From a virus: DNA of 64,000 bases. Position 1 is the first letter of the stretch. Every line of letters begins with the position of its first letter. The notes under the pieces were generated by a model. The model ran no database searches and was not told where the DNA came from. It was given only the letters and a program-made list of their open reading frames with translations. Made by a program: the position numbers and the translations under genes. The stretch lies in IMG/VR virus record IMGVR_UViG_3300045988_105524; one strand, 5' to 3'. This document shows, in pieces, positions 29,741-39,160 of the stretch.

Positions 29741-30235
29741 TTACTGGAAAACTCTCAATGAATCTTCGATGAATGTTTTATCATCAATATGCTTAATAAT
29801 CTTTTTCTTAATATCTGATACGCCACCAAAAGAATCAATAATCTCATCAGTAAAGATATTCTTGTAAATAGCATTTACAGTAAAGTCTCTTCTTCTCTGA
29901 GCATCTATAATAGGAAGATAAGGTACAAGCTCACAATCGAAATCAGTATGCTTATCACCAGTCTTAGTTTCTACTCTAGGAATAGATATATCAAGCTCAC
30001 CAAGCTTGTAGATGCCGTACTGCTTGCCAATAAGCTCTACTTCTTTAAAACCAAGCTTTTCAGCGCAGATATTCAGAATATTCTCAAGAGTTTCTTGCTC
30101 GACATCAAATACTTCAATGTCGATATCTTTACAAGCTCTGTTTAAGAATTCGTCTCTTACGCAACCGCCTACGAAATATGCTCTATCAGTATAAGGTTGT
30201 AGTTCTTTCTTAAAAATCTCTAATTCTGTGAACAT
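29741..30235 (-). CDS. cca: tRNA nucleotidyltransferase (CCA-adding) head domain
   Basis: ..GGCVRD...DIDI.. class II nucleotidyltransferase signature, ..RRDFTVNA.. Confidence 0.7.
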   Translation of the reverse strand: MFTELEIFKKELQPYTDRAYFVGGCVRDEFLNRACKDIDIEVFDVEQETLENILNICAEKLGFKEVELIGKQYGIYKLGELDISIPRVETKTGDKHTDFDCELVPYLPIIDAQRRRDFTVNAIYKNIFTDEIIDSFGGVSDIKKKIIKHIDDKTFIEDSLRVFQ

Positions 30236-30237
30236 CT

Positions 30238-30699
30238 TTACTTCTTTCTGTAATCTACAAGTCTCATTCCATCTGTACGCTTGTTTTCAATATGCGGTCT
30301 ATCTTTTAGTAGTTCACGAGTATCGCAGCCGTGCGCTGTTACAATATGATAGCCATTTGGAGTTTTGTATACTTCAATCTCTACAGGCTTAAAAATCTTG
30401 TATAAGTCTTTAAAGAATTCTACAAGCAGACTTTCATCAGTAGAGTCAAAATCGAACAACCACTTTTTAGTTAGTAGCTTACTTGTCATACTAAGAGAAA
30501 TAAGTGTGTTGTTGATGTTCTTCAGTTTTACGTTTTCGTCTGTTAGTAGCTTAACTACTAGAGCTTTCTTTAAAACTTCTTCATCGATAGTGTTGAATGC
30601 TGCATAAAATCTACAAGTCTCACCTTCGACACCTTGCTGTACGAATTCTTCAAATTCTTCTTTTAGTTTTTCAATATCGTCGAACTCTTCATCTGTCAC
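30238..30699 (-). CDS. acidic hypothetical protein (153 aa)
   Basis: ORF track; promoter 30814..30844. Confidence 0.45.
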   Translation of the reverse strand: MTDEEFDDIEKLKEEFEEFVQQGVEGETCRFYAAFNTIDEEVLKKALVVKLLTDENVKLKNINNTLISLSMTSKLLTKKWLFDFDSTDESLLVEFFKDLYKIFKPVEIEVYKTPNGYHIVTAHGCDTRELLKDRPHIENKRTDGMRLVDYRKK

Positions 30700-30813
30700 T
30701 AGCTTAAACTTTTTCTAATCTTGAAGTTCTCTACGTCTTTGTTGTCTTTAGCTCTTGACTGAAAAGATATTTGTCTTAGTGCTGTCATAAGTATACCTCC
30801 ATAATATAAATTC

Positions 30814-30844
30814 ATTATATCATTAGAGTATATAAATGTAAACA
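30814..30844 (-). promoter_or_regulatory. sigma70-like promoter TTTACA-N17-TATAAT
   Basis: Perfect consensus; preceded by TGCACTGCAGTA...TACTGCAGTGCA hairpin + T9. Confidence 0.65.
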
Positions 30845-30887
30845 AAAAAAAAATGCACTGCAGTAAAAATACTACAGTGCACTATAA

Positions 30888-32033
30888 TCACTCATTGTCT
30901 TTAACGTTGTTATTCTCTACGCTATTCTCTTCAGCACGCAATTCATCAAGTACATCTTTATCAAGCAATTCAAGATTTACTTCTTTGTTACCTGCAAGAG
31001 CGTTGTTTATCTTTTTTACGTACTCTTGTGTAAACTCAGGATGAGTATTAAAGAATTCTACAAGCGCAGGCTTACCTCTGAAACTACATTCAGTACCGTC
31101 AACAGTAAGAATCTCTCCTGTTTCTAAATCAACAATCTGGTATGTTACATTAGTCGGTCTATTAATATAACCAGCTTTAATAGCAATATCAATAGCGTCA
31201 GAAGAGGTGTCAATGCCTGTATCATATTTATATGTAATATAACCACCGCCTCTTGAAATATTACTTACTTTATTTTTAAAGATATTGAATACAATCTTAA
31301 AACCGATAGCATCTTCACCGTTAGTTGTCTCAGCGCCACTCTTATTAATAAACTTTCTTGTACCACATCTTATACTCAAAGAAGGATAAAAGCCCATTGC
31401 TGTACCACCAGGTTCACTGAACGAAAGAGCGCCATTAGGAAGAGGTGTAGTTCTTGTCTGATTAATAAGTACAAGAATGTTTTTCTTATAATACACTAAA
31501 TCTTGTACCTGTCTACAGAAGTTATGTAAAGACTTAGCGATATTACCTGCCTGACCTAAATCTTTTTCTATATCAGCATTAAGCTGTCTTGTTGACGCTA
31601 GCGCTGCTACACTATCAATAACAATCATTCCGATGTCTTCAGCTTCTTGCATTTCAAGAACCATATCAAAGATAGCCTCTGCGCCCATTCTTGTAGGACT
31701 TACGTAGATAAGCTTTTCTCTATCAACGTGAGTCATAGCGCACTGAAAATCAATATCAATCGCGTGCTCTACGTCTATGTATACACACATCGAATCTGGG
31801 TTCTCGCGCTGATAAGCTGCGATAGCAGTAAAAGTAAAAGTTGTCTTACCTGCGTGAGGTCTACCTGAGATTTGAATTATACGTCCCTTTGGAAAACCTC
31901 CACCAAGAGAGTAATCTGCAGCTAATGCGCCTGTAGGCATAAAATTAACCTTAGGTATTACGTCGCCTCTGATGCATATCTCTTCGTCATACATCTTGTT
32001 TAGCTTTTTTGCAATAGATAAAATACTTGCCAT
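30888..32033 (-). CDS. RecA/UvsX-like recombinase
   Basis: Walker A ..GRPHAGKTTF.., Walker B ..MIVIDSVAAL.., RecA-fold length (381 aa). Confidence 0.7.
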   Translation of the reverse strand: MASILSIAKKLNKMYDEEICIRGDVIPKVNFMPTGALAADYSLGGGFPKGRIIQISGRPHAGKTTFTFTAIAAYQRENPDSMCVYIDVEHAIDIDFQCAMTHVDREKLIYVSPTRMGAEAIFDMVLEMQEAEDIGMIVIDSVAALASTRQLNADIEKDLGQAGNIAKSLHNFCRQVQDLVYYKKNILVLINQTRTTPLPNGALSFSEPGGTAMGFYPSLSIRCGTRKFINKSGAETTNGEDAIGFKIVFNIFKNKVSNISRGGGYITYKYDTGIDTSSDAIDIAIKAGYINRPTNVTYQIVDLETGEILTVDGTECSFRGKPALVEFFNTHPEFTQEYVKKINNALAGNKEVNLELLDKDVLDELRAEENSVENNNVKDNE

Positions 32034-32068
32034 TAAAAATTCCTTTCTGTTAATGAGAACTCTTGCGC

Positions 32069-32094
32069 TCTCTTTTTATTTAGTTGTACTTCTT
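32069..32094. repeat. A-repeat copy 7 (about 45 nt upstream of the recombinase start)
   Basis: Exact match. Confidence 0.9.
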
Positions 32095-32209
32095 TTTGAC
32101 AGAAAAAAGATAAACTTACTAGCAGTGCAGAAAATTCGACTAACAAGGAAAAATGCAAAAATCGTTAGTTCAGTTTTCTATACACATTTAATAAGTTTAT
32201 CTTAAGTGT

Positions 32210-32240
32210 ATTGTATCATTTAACTGTAAAACTGTAAACA
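32210..32240 (-). promoter_or_regulatory. sigma70-like promoter TTTACA-N17-TACAAT
   Basis: Minus-strand consensus upstream of the recombinase leader. Confidence 0.55.
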
Positions 32241-32280
32241 ATTTGATGTTAAATATTTCATTTTGTATATACGGTAAAAT

Positions 32281-32395
32281 ATAGCTCTGAGATATACTCC
32301 AGACGTACCAGAATCGTCTCTCGTAAACTTTTATGCTCTTTTAATAGTAATTACCGCCTACGATAAAAACAGCAGTCAGAAGTTAAATCTCGATT
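32281..32395. repeat. composite B+C intergenic repeat
   Basis: ATAGCTCTGAGATATACTCCAGACGTACCAGAATCGTCTCTCGTAAAC ... GATAAAAACAGCAGTCAGAAGTTAAATCT. Confidence 0.8.
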
Positions 32396-33066
32396 AATCT
32401 CAAGTACAAGCATTCTGCATTATACAACGAGCTAATTCTATTCAAATGATAATGAGCAAAGTACCATCTTCTGTAGCTTAAGTCACAGAGAATACTATCA
32501 AAGAAATTTGTTAGTTTATTCTTATCGTACATATAAGCTGAAATGTCATTCAATATATAAGATGAAGTACAGTGAGAAATAACATAATCAAAAGTAAAGT
32601 TATTCTCATCTAAAGTCTTAAACGCTCTTTCATACTCTTCGTTACTAGGCAATTCTTCAGACCACCAGTCAACATTAGCAATTCTTCTATGCTTATCAAT
32701 AGAATCAGCACCGCCCATTGCAAAGAATGTCTTATTTTCAATAGTGTACTTATACCCTCTCATTAAATGATAGATTTTATCTTTTAGTACTTCGTGAGTA
32801 GGGTTTCCGTACATCTCAACAATAGGCATTTTATTTAATCTATCGAAATTTTCGTGATTGCCATCTATGAATAGAATATGCTTGTAAGAAACAGAATCAG
32901 CAAAGTGATTAAGGAATTCATTGTCGTCTTTTTCATTATGCCACACGCCACCAAAATCACCAAGAATGATTAAAATGTCTTTATCTGTAACTCTTTTTTC
33001 TTTTGATAATTCTACTAATGGCTCTAAATCAATTGTTCTATGTAAGTCTCCGTATAGATAAATACT
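32383..33066 (-). CDS. PPP-family-like metallophosphoesterase (Ser/Thr phosphatase-like)
   Basis: ..YGDLH.., ..LGDFGG.., ..DGNHE.. motifs; track ORF 32383..33156 trimmed to Met preceding the motifs. Confidence 0.6.
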   Translation of the reverse strand, partial: SIYLYGDLHRTIDLEPLVELSKEKRVTDKDILIILGDFGGVWHNEKDDNEFLNHFADSVSYKHILFIDGNHENFDRLNKMPIVEMYGNPTHEVLKDKIYHLMRGYKYTIENKTFFAMGGADSIDKHRRIANVDWWSEELPSNEEYERAFKTLDENNFTFDYVISHCTSSYILNDISAYMYDKNKLTNFFDSILCDLSYRRWYFAHYHLNRISSLYNAECLYLRLIEI

Positions 33067-33070
33067 CATA

Positions 33071-33439
33071 CTACTTACACATCTCTTCAATCTCTTCAGT
33101 AATGTCGTCAGGGTGTAAGAATGCAAATAGTGGTAAATCATCGAAGCATTCTTCACTTACTTCAAAATAAACCCAGTCAGCATTTTCAAATGAGAATAAA
33201 CCACCTTTGTAACCTTCATACTTAGAGCCGTCAGTTAGCTTATCAATAATTACTAGTAAATCAGCAAGAGTCATATATTTATCACTATCTTTAAAGAAAA
33301 TAGCAGGCTGAAAATAATCACCTCTCCAGCTACCAAACCCTCTGTAATAATTATCATCAAGCTTAGTTGTATCTACATAATTTATTCTTACGTCAGGATA
33401 TTCTCTGCATAATCTCTCTAGAGTTGCAATGTTCATCAT
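33071..33439 (-). CDS. hypothetical protein (122 aa)
   Basis: ORF track. Confidence 0.4.
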   Translation of the reverse strand: MMNIATLERLCREYPDVRINYVDTTKLDDNYYRGFGSWRGDYFQPAIFFKDSDKYMTLADLLVIIDKLTDGSKYEGYKGGLFSFENADWVYFEVSEECFDDLPLFAFLHPDDITEEIEEMCK

Positions 33440-33450
33440 ATTTTCCCTTT

Positions 33451-34188
33451 CTATACGAGCTTAAACTTAAATTCTCTTTTTGCGTCTTTAAAGAATATCA
33501 AAATATCGTTAGCGTACTTCTTATCAGATTTTATTTCAATCTCTTCTGTTTTATACTCACTCATAAAATACGTTGGTAAGTGATTTGATATTCTAATTCT
33601 TACTTCGTCTTTTTCAAATATCATTGCGTTATTGACTGTATACTCAAAACCTGCAAGCGCATTGAATAATTCTGCTTTATTCTTATTAGTCGACGTATCG
33701 ATGTATAAATATACAGAGTCGTTATGTTCAGAAATACATACTTTATTTATCATGTCGGCAGAGAAAGCGTTGATTATTGAAAATACAAACTCTTCTCTTT
33801 CAGTAAGGTTATTATAAATATTCTCGTATGTACTAATTGCTGCGTCAACGTTTGAGATAGTTCTGTCATTCGCAAATAAATCACATTCTTTTTTAATATG
33901 TAATGCTGTATTAGAATTATAATCTGATATAATCTCTTTTGCAGCCAACTGCGCTTGTACATAAACATCAGCGATTTTACGCTTTAGCTCTTTACTGTCT
34001 TGCAGCGCAGTGAATTTTACTGTCTTTAAATCAAAGAATGGGTTTAAAACAAGCGCATACTTATTATTTGAATCTTTCTTAGCGAAGAGTAGTTCTCTGC
34101 CTACTAGCTTATCGAGATTATCATAAACATAAGATGTGCTTTTATTCAGATTATTAGCAAATTCTTTAGTTGATATTTTAAGTTCCAT
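33451..34188 (-). CDS. hypothetical protein (245 aa)
   Basis: ORF track. Confidence 0.45.
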   Translation of the reverse strand: MELKISTKEFANNLNKSTSYVYDNLDKLVGRELLFAKKDSNNKYALVLNPFFDLKTVKFTALQDSKELKRKIADVYVQAQLAAKEIISDYNSNTALHIKKECDLFANDRTISNVDAAISTYENIYNNLTEREEFVFSIINAFSADMINKVCISEHNDSVYLYIDTSTNKNKAELFNALAGFEYTVNNAMIFEKDEVRIRISNHLPTYFMSEYKTEEIEIKSDKKYANDILIFFKDAKREFKFKLV

Positions 34189-34242
34189 ACGTTAAATCTC
34201 CTTTAATAAGAAGATTTTAACACAATAAGGCGCAAAAGTAAA

Positions 34243-35181
34243 CTATTGAGCAAGCTTTTCTTTTACTAGCTTTACTATAAGACTTGGCATTGCTTTATTA
34301 AGAATTCTCTGATTAAAATATGAATCAGGGTTATCTTTAATATAATCATTCTTTACATCTTCTAAGTATGCAGGAATGATAGTGCCAAGGTTTCTTACTG
34401 ATAATTCGACATCTCCTTTAGAGAGCAGATTATCTAGTCTCTGCATAGTGAAATATCTCTCAATGTTATCTTTAAAGTTAATCTCATCACCAGTTAGTAC
34501 AGGCGCTTCTTTCTTTCTGCTCTTAATCTCAGCAAACTGCTCTGTCTTATGCTTTACTCCTAGATAATTGCACACTACTCCATTATCAAAAGCTAGTATT
34601 TGCCCATCAAAAGGTTTATATACTAGACCCTCAATAGGACCACCAAGCCTTGATGTCTCAGGCAGTTCAGTTGTAAGCCACTCTCTAAGAGGTTTAACTT
34701 CTGTAAAGAATGGTACGGTTAATTGACCAAAAATGTGAAGCAGCTCTTCAGCAGTTAGAGTATAAGCTCTGTTATCTTCAAATACGAAAACATCAAACAC
34801 TCTGAATTCTTTTATACCTGCTTTATTTTCAGCGTATTCCATATTCTGAATACCACTACCATATAACTCACCAAAGATGATTACTTTAGTTATGTCGTTT
34901 TCTTTCTTGCTTAGATTTACTGAACCTTCAAGAATTGATTTTGCAATACTCTCAATGTCTTTAAGGTTGTTAGTAGTTGCGAGATAACTACCAAGAGCTT
35001 TATCATCAAGCGTTACTTCTCTATTTCTACTGAAATATCTAGTAGAGTCTTTAGTAAACTCTATCGACATATTACTACCGTGAATCTTCTCAGTAGCATA
35101 AAACTCTTCGTCAAGAACAGCCATGAGTTTTCTCGAACTTGTAATATTACAATGATTTTCGAGTGATGGATATTTTAACAT
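34243..35181 (-). CDS. Rnl2-family ATP-dependent RNA ligase
   Basis: N-terminus MLKYPSLENHCN...EKIHGSNMSI matches T4 Rnl2 (KKYSSLENHYN...EKIHGTNFSL); ..FGELYGSGIQ.. matches motif III region. Confidence 0.75.
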   Translation of the reverse strand: MLKYPSLENHCNITSSRKLMAVLDEEFYATEKIHGSNMSIEFTKDSTRYFSRNREVTLDDKALGSYLATTNNLKDIESIAKSILEGSVNLSKKENDITKVIIFGELYGSGIQNMEYAENKAGIKEFRVFDVFVFEDNRAYTLTAEELLHIFGQLTVPFFTEVKPLREWLTTELPETSRLGGPIEGLVYKPFDGQILAFDNGVVCNYLGVKHKTEQFAEIKSRKKEAPVLTGDEINFKDNIERYFTMQRLDNLLSKGDVELSVRNLGTIIPAYLEDVKNDYIKDNPDSYFNQRILNKAMPSLIVKLVKEKLAQ

Positions 35182-35193
35182 CTTAATCTCTCC

Positions 35194-36063
35194 TTATCTC
35201 CACTTTGAAATATATACGTCTTCTACGTCAAACTCTTGACCGAGTTTATTTTGCAGCGCAGCATGAGTTTCTGGCACTATACGCTTTAAACAGTCTTCTA
35301 TAATCTCATAGTTTCTATTGAATACATTAGCGCTTGCGCCAAATGAAACATTATAGAATATACTAACATTTTCGCCATCTGTACAGTCAAACGGAGTAAA
35401 CATAAACTCATCACTATTTGCGAAATAAGTCAAATAGTACGGAATGATAATATCAGTTAGTCCTGAACTAAATCTGACTACGTATTCAGTAAATGAGCAT
35501 TTATGCTCAGTAGTGTCTAAATAGAATCTCGTGTCATTCGCTGTTATTCTCTTTAAACGCTCAACAATAGCATCAATTCTTTTTCTGTTTAAGCTTTCCA
35601 TTTCATTGAGCTTACGCACAAAATCGTAGAATAGCGGTTTTTCGCAATATTCAAGACTATTGCCGTATACACAAATGCAAGTTTCATCGATATACTTCAA
35701 TAGCTCTACAGTCCAAACGTTAAGAATATAATTACTTAAATCACGCACTTTCTGCTCTAAACTTTTTGCAAACGTATGATTAAACACAACACCATATATA
35801 ATACTGATTTTATTTTCATCTGTAACGTCATTCTGTGTAAAATAAATCTCTTCAGTAGACTTATCAATCGTCAAATAAAACTCTTTCGCATAAGTTGTAT
35901 GACTGATTCTCGTACTGCCTTTATACTCAAACTCAAGTACAGAATTATCAAAAGTTAAATAATAATTCTTTTTACTTAGTACGCGCGCAAACTCATCTGC
36001 ATTTTCTCTGATTAGCTTATCAGTGCGCTTCAATTTTCTAATAAATCTAAAACGATTAAACAT
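35194..36063 (-). CDS. hypothetical protein with internal repeats (DCTD-ENVSI-Y motif x2), paralog of 36063..36737
   Basis: Repeated ..CTDGENVSIFYNV.. / ..VTDENKISIIYGV.. segments. Confidence 0.45.
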   Translation of the reverse strand: MFNRFRFIRKLKRTDKLIRENADEFARVLSKKNYYLTFDNSVLEFEYKGSTRISHTTYAKEFYLTIDKSTEEIYFTQNDVTDENKISIIYGVVFNHTFAKSLEQKVRDLSNYILNVWTVELLKYIDETCICVYGNSLEYCEKPLFYDFVRKLNEMESLNRKRIDAIVERLKRITANDTRFYLDTTEHKCSFTEYVVRFSSGLTDIIIPYYLTYFANSDEFMFTPFDCTDGENVSIFYNVSFGASANVFNRNYEIIEDCLKRIVPETHAALQNKLGQEFDVEDVYISKWR

Positions 36064-36737
36064 TATTTTTCCTTTCCGAGTATACGGTCTTCATAAATAA
36101 AAAACTTGCTGCTTAAATTACTACTCAGTGTGTCTAAGTTAGACTCAATAATTTTTCCAATCTTACTTTCTATCAGTTTGCGATTTATGCTATCTCTGTT
36201 TGCTTTATAGTCATAGAGGACAGTGTATAAAATACTCACATTTTCATTATCTGTACAATCATACGCTGTAAATTCAAGCGTATTTTCTGCAGAATAATAA
36301 GTTAAATACACTGGTGAAACATTATCATATTTTAAACCATAGCATATTTTGTTTTCATCATACTGCTCATTATAAGCAGAAAGCACTAATGAAAAACCGT
36401 TATCAAGATTGTTTATATCTTGTATCAATCTTTCAATACGAGATTGATTTTCTTTATCTGCATTATCAAGCAATTCAATAAATTCTTCGAATTCATCTTT
36501 ACTCTTGTAATATATTGACGAGCCTGCAAAATTAAACTTATAAAGCTTAAACGTTATATCACGTATAGCTTGTCTTAATCGTGTTACTTTTGCGTTTATT
36601 TCTTTTCTTCTTTTATGCTCTCTATCACTATTATAACTATAAATAACAGTATATAGAATGCTTACGTCTTCTGAGTTAGTTTCATCTTTATTCGTAAAAC
36701 AAAATGTACCGTTTTTATAAGTTAAAAACACGGGCAT
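36063..36737 (-). CDS. hypothetical protein with internal repeats, paralog of 35194..36063
   Basis: ..SEDVSILYTVIY.. and ..CTDNENVSILYTVLY.. repeats. Confidence 0.45.
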   Translation of the reverse strand: MPVFLTYKNGTFCFTNKDETNSEDVSILYTVIYSYNSDREHKRRKEINAKVTRLRQAIRDITFKLYKFNFAGSSIYYKSKDEFEEFIELLDNADKENQSRIERLIQDINNLDNGFSLVLSAYNEQYDENKICYGLKYDNVSPVYLTYYSAENTLEFTAYDCTDNENVSILYTVLYDYKANRDSINRKLIESKIGKIIESNLDTLSSNLSSKFFIYEDRILGKEK

Positions 36738-36947
36738 AACGAAACTTCCATAGCAATATTCGACTGCTGTATCTTCAAAACATTCGTCATTCTCGTTTAA
36801 GTCTAAACGCTACTCTTCTTTATCAGTAACAGTTTTGTTTAATGCTGCTATTGTCTTATCAGCTCTTTGTACAACTAGTTCAGGCGCGGTGTCTAACATT
36901 TTTATAAAGTTTCTATATTCAAACATAATTCATACCTCTCAATATTA

Positions 36948-36978
36948 TTATAAATTATATGCATGTATTTGTAAACAA
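36948..36978 (-). promoter_or_regulatory. sigma70-like promoter TTTACA-N17-TATAAT
   Basis: Consensus after hairpin ATGCTGTAATATTTTACTACAGCAT + T9. Confidence 0.6.
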
Positions 36979-37014
36979 AAAAAAATGCTGTAGTAAAATA
37001 TTACAGCATATAAA

Positions 37015-38766
37015 TCACTTAAGCAGACAGCCACAATCAAAATTATCTAAATCAATAACTTCTTCAACGCTGTCGTCTGTGAACTGCTTGATATATGTCT
37101 GATTTCTTACTACGCTCTTATAAATATCAATGTCTTGTATATCTTCGCATACATCGCAAGATACAATATCAGATGTCGTAACGCCCGATAGTAGATAAAT
37201 GTATATTTCATCTTCAGATGAATAAGTGTCTACTAGCACGTTACAGATGTTACGAGACGTATTTACGTCGACTAGCATATCATATATTACGTTATTAGCG
37301 AAGTAATCGACATTCTTAGACAAATCTGAAATCATTAACTTCATATCTTCTGGACAACCACCGCCATAAAACAGTCTAACATCAAATAAGATGTAATCTC
37401 TTACTGATTCGTCTATTGAGATATACTCAGCAGCATAACCGTTTTTATTAGTGTTAGTCATATCACCAGAGTACGCTAAGCTGTATTGATGAGTATAACC
37501 ATTCCAACCAATGTGGCAAGAACGTGTCTTTGCATGTAAGTCTATATCAACGTGCTCCGTATCCCAGTAGACACCAACGCTGTAGCTCTTTCTAGGTAGA
37601 GTAATCTTTGTACAAGCAGGTAAATGACCAAGCATACGCTTTAAAGATGTAGGCATAGCGATATCTACATTCTCTGGTAGCTTGATATTCAAAGACTGAA
37701 TATGCTTACGGATAACATCTTCAAGAGCGTTTACTACTTTTCCTGTTAGTCTCTTAGAGCTTACCTTATCTGTTATAAACTTCTTGCCATTTCTAATAGT
37801 ATAGATAGTAAAATCGTCATTTGTTCTCTGCTTATTCGCATTGAGAATCTGAGTAGCCTTAACTACGTTGATATTATCAACCATATCCAGCTGCTCTTTT
37901 TCTGATAGCTCAAAAAATCTCTCAATCTTAGTGAACTTCTTTGGAACAGCCTTTGTCTTACTCTGTCTAAGGGCTCTATTTATAAGAGTAATTGTTTCTT
38001 TGCTGCAATGTCTCTTGCAAAGCATAAGAATATCTCTGTATCTGTTAGCGTCTCTTACAACATTTTCGAAGTTAGTTGTTAGCTCTCTGTACAAAAGCGC
38101 GTTTACAACATAGCCATTCATAAGATAGTACTTCTTATCAAGCTCTCTTACAAGATTACGATTAATGAAAAGAGTATTACCTGTAACAGTATAATTAATC
38201 ACACGCACAAGAGTATCAAGACCTACAGCATCTGCGCCGATATTAGCGATATACATTACTTCAAGCTCTCTGTTGTTGATGTTTTCAAGCGCAATACCAT
38301 TTGTTTCAATAAACTCGTAAATGCTGATTACGTCATCAGAGTCAAGAGCGATGTTTGTCTGTACTAGTGTCTTAATCTTTTCAATTGCTTCGTCAAGAGT
38401 GATAGTATTAATAAAGTTAATCTTTGCCTTAACTATGCCCTCTATTTCTCCATTGTTCATAGAGAAAACGTTGCCGTCATTACGTAACTCTTCAATATTA
38501 CTGTATGTTGATAGGTAGTGTATAATCTGCAATACTTTTGCTGTAACTTCGTCTAGTGACTCAACGAATTCCTTGCTATCATAAAAAGTAGCAGTAAGCG
38601 CAGCAGCTGGTGTGCCATATTTCTTTGCAAGTTCTGTAGCTATACAGAAATCTATTGACTTAGGTATGACAATAGAAAACTCTTTTAAAAGCTCTGGGTA
38701 GAACTTATCAGTCTTATTATCTACTATTACTGCATTAAACAACTTCATTTGTGTTCTTATATCCAT
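37015..38766 (-). CDS. large hypothetical protein (583 aa)
   Basis: ORF track; no motif recognised. Confidence 0.45.
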   Translation of the reverse strand: MDIRTQMKLFNAVIVDNKTDKFYPELLKEFSIVIPKSIDFCIATELAKKYGTPAAALTATFYDSKEFVESLDEVTAKVLQIIHYLSTYSNIEELRNDGNVFSMNNGEIEGIVKAKINFINTITLDEAIEKIKTLVQTNIALDSDDVISIYEFIETNGIALENINNRELEVMYIANIGADAVGLDTLVRVINYTVTGNTLFINRNLVRELDKKYYLMNGYVVNALLYRELTTNFENVVRDANRYRDILMLCKRHCSKETITLINRALRQSKTKAVPKKFTKIERFFELSEKEQLDMVDNINVVKATQILNANKQRTNDDFTIYTIRNGKKFITDKVSSKRLTGKVVNALEDVIRKHIQSLNIKLPENVDIAMPTSLKRMLGHLPACTKITLPRKSYSVGVYWDTEHVDIDLHAKTRSCHIGWNGYTHQYSLAYSGDMTNTNKNGYAAEYISIDESVRDYILFDVRLFYGGGCPEDMKLMISDLSKNVDYFANNVIYDMLVDVNTSRNICNVLVDTYSSEDEIYIYLLSGVTTSDIVSCDVCEDIQDIDIYKSVVRNQTYIKQFTDDSVEEVIDLDNFDCGCLLK

Positions 38767-38770
38767 TTAT

Positions 38771-38895
38771 TCCTCCGTATAGCTCTCAGATATATCTCAG
38801 ACGTATGAGATTAACTTCTCGTAAACTTTTACGTACTTATAGTATAATTTATCATTAAAGTAAAAACTAACGCTCAGAAGTTAAATCTGAGCTTC
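38771..38895. repeat. composite B+C intergenic repeat
   Basis: ATAGCTCTCAGATATATCTCAGACGTATGAGATTAACTTCTCGTAAAC ... CTCAGAAGTTAAATCTGAG. Confidence 0.8.
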
Positions 38896-38902
38896 TTTTA
38901 AA

Positions 38903-39160
38903 CTAACTAATCTCTCTAATCTTCTTCTGAATCTTAAGACCGCAATAAATAGTAAAGCAAGACGCGCATAGATTAGCAACAATCTTTAGAAAAGAAGGAG
39001 TAGGTAATTCAATCTCATTAACAATACCAGTTAGAGTAATAACTCCAACTACAACCAATATTTTACTGATAATATCACAAATCTTAATATTCATACGTAA
39101 AATCTCCTTTTTAAATGGTAGATTAATTATAACATACGTGTACGACAATGTAAACAACAA
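38903..39160 (-). CDS. small membrane protein (85 aa)
   Basis: Two hydrophobic segments; AAGGAG RBS; promoter 39125..39155. Confidence 0.45.
   Translation of the reverse strand: MLFTLSYTYVIINLPFKKEILRMNIKICDIISKILVVVGVITLTGIVNEIELPTPSFLKIVANLCASCFTIYCGLKIQKKIREIS

Noticed and set aside
29726-29743. Possible in-frame stop-codon readthrough joining the CCA-enzyme head and neck ORFs
   Set aside because: Exact coordinate arithmetic shows the two ORFs are in different frames (14-nt gap). The relationship is a frameshift or a split, not readthrough.
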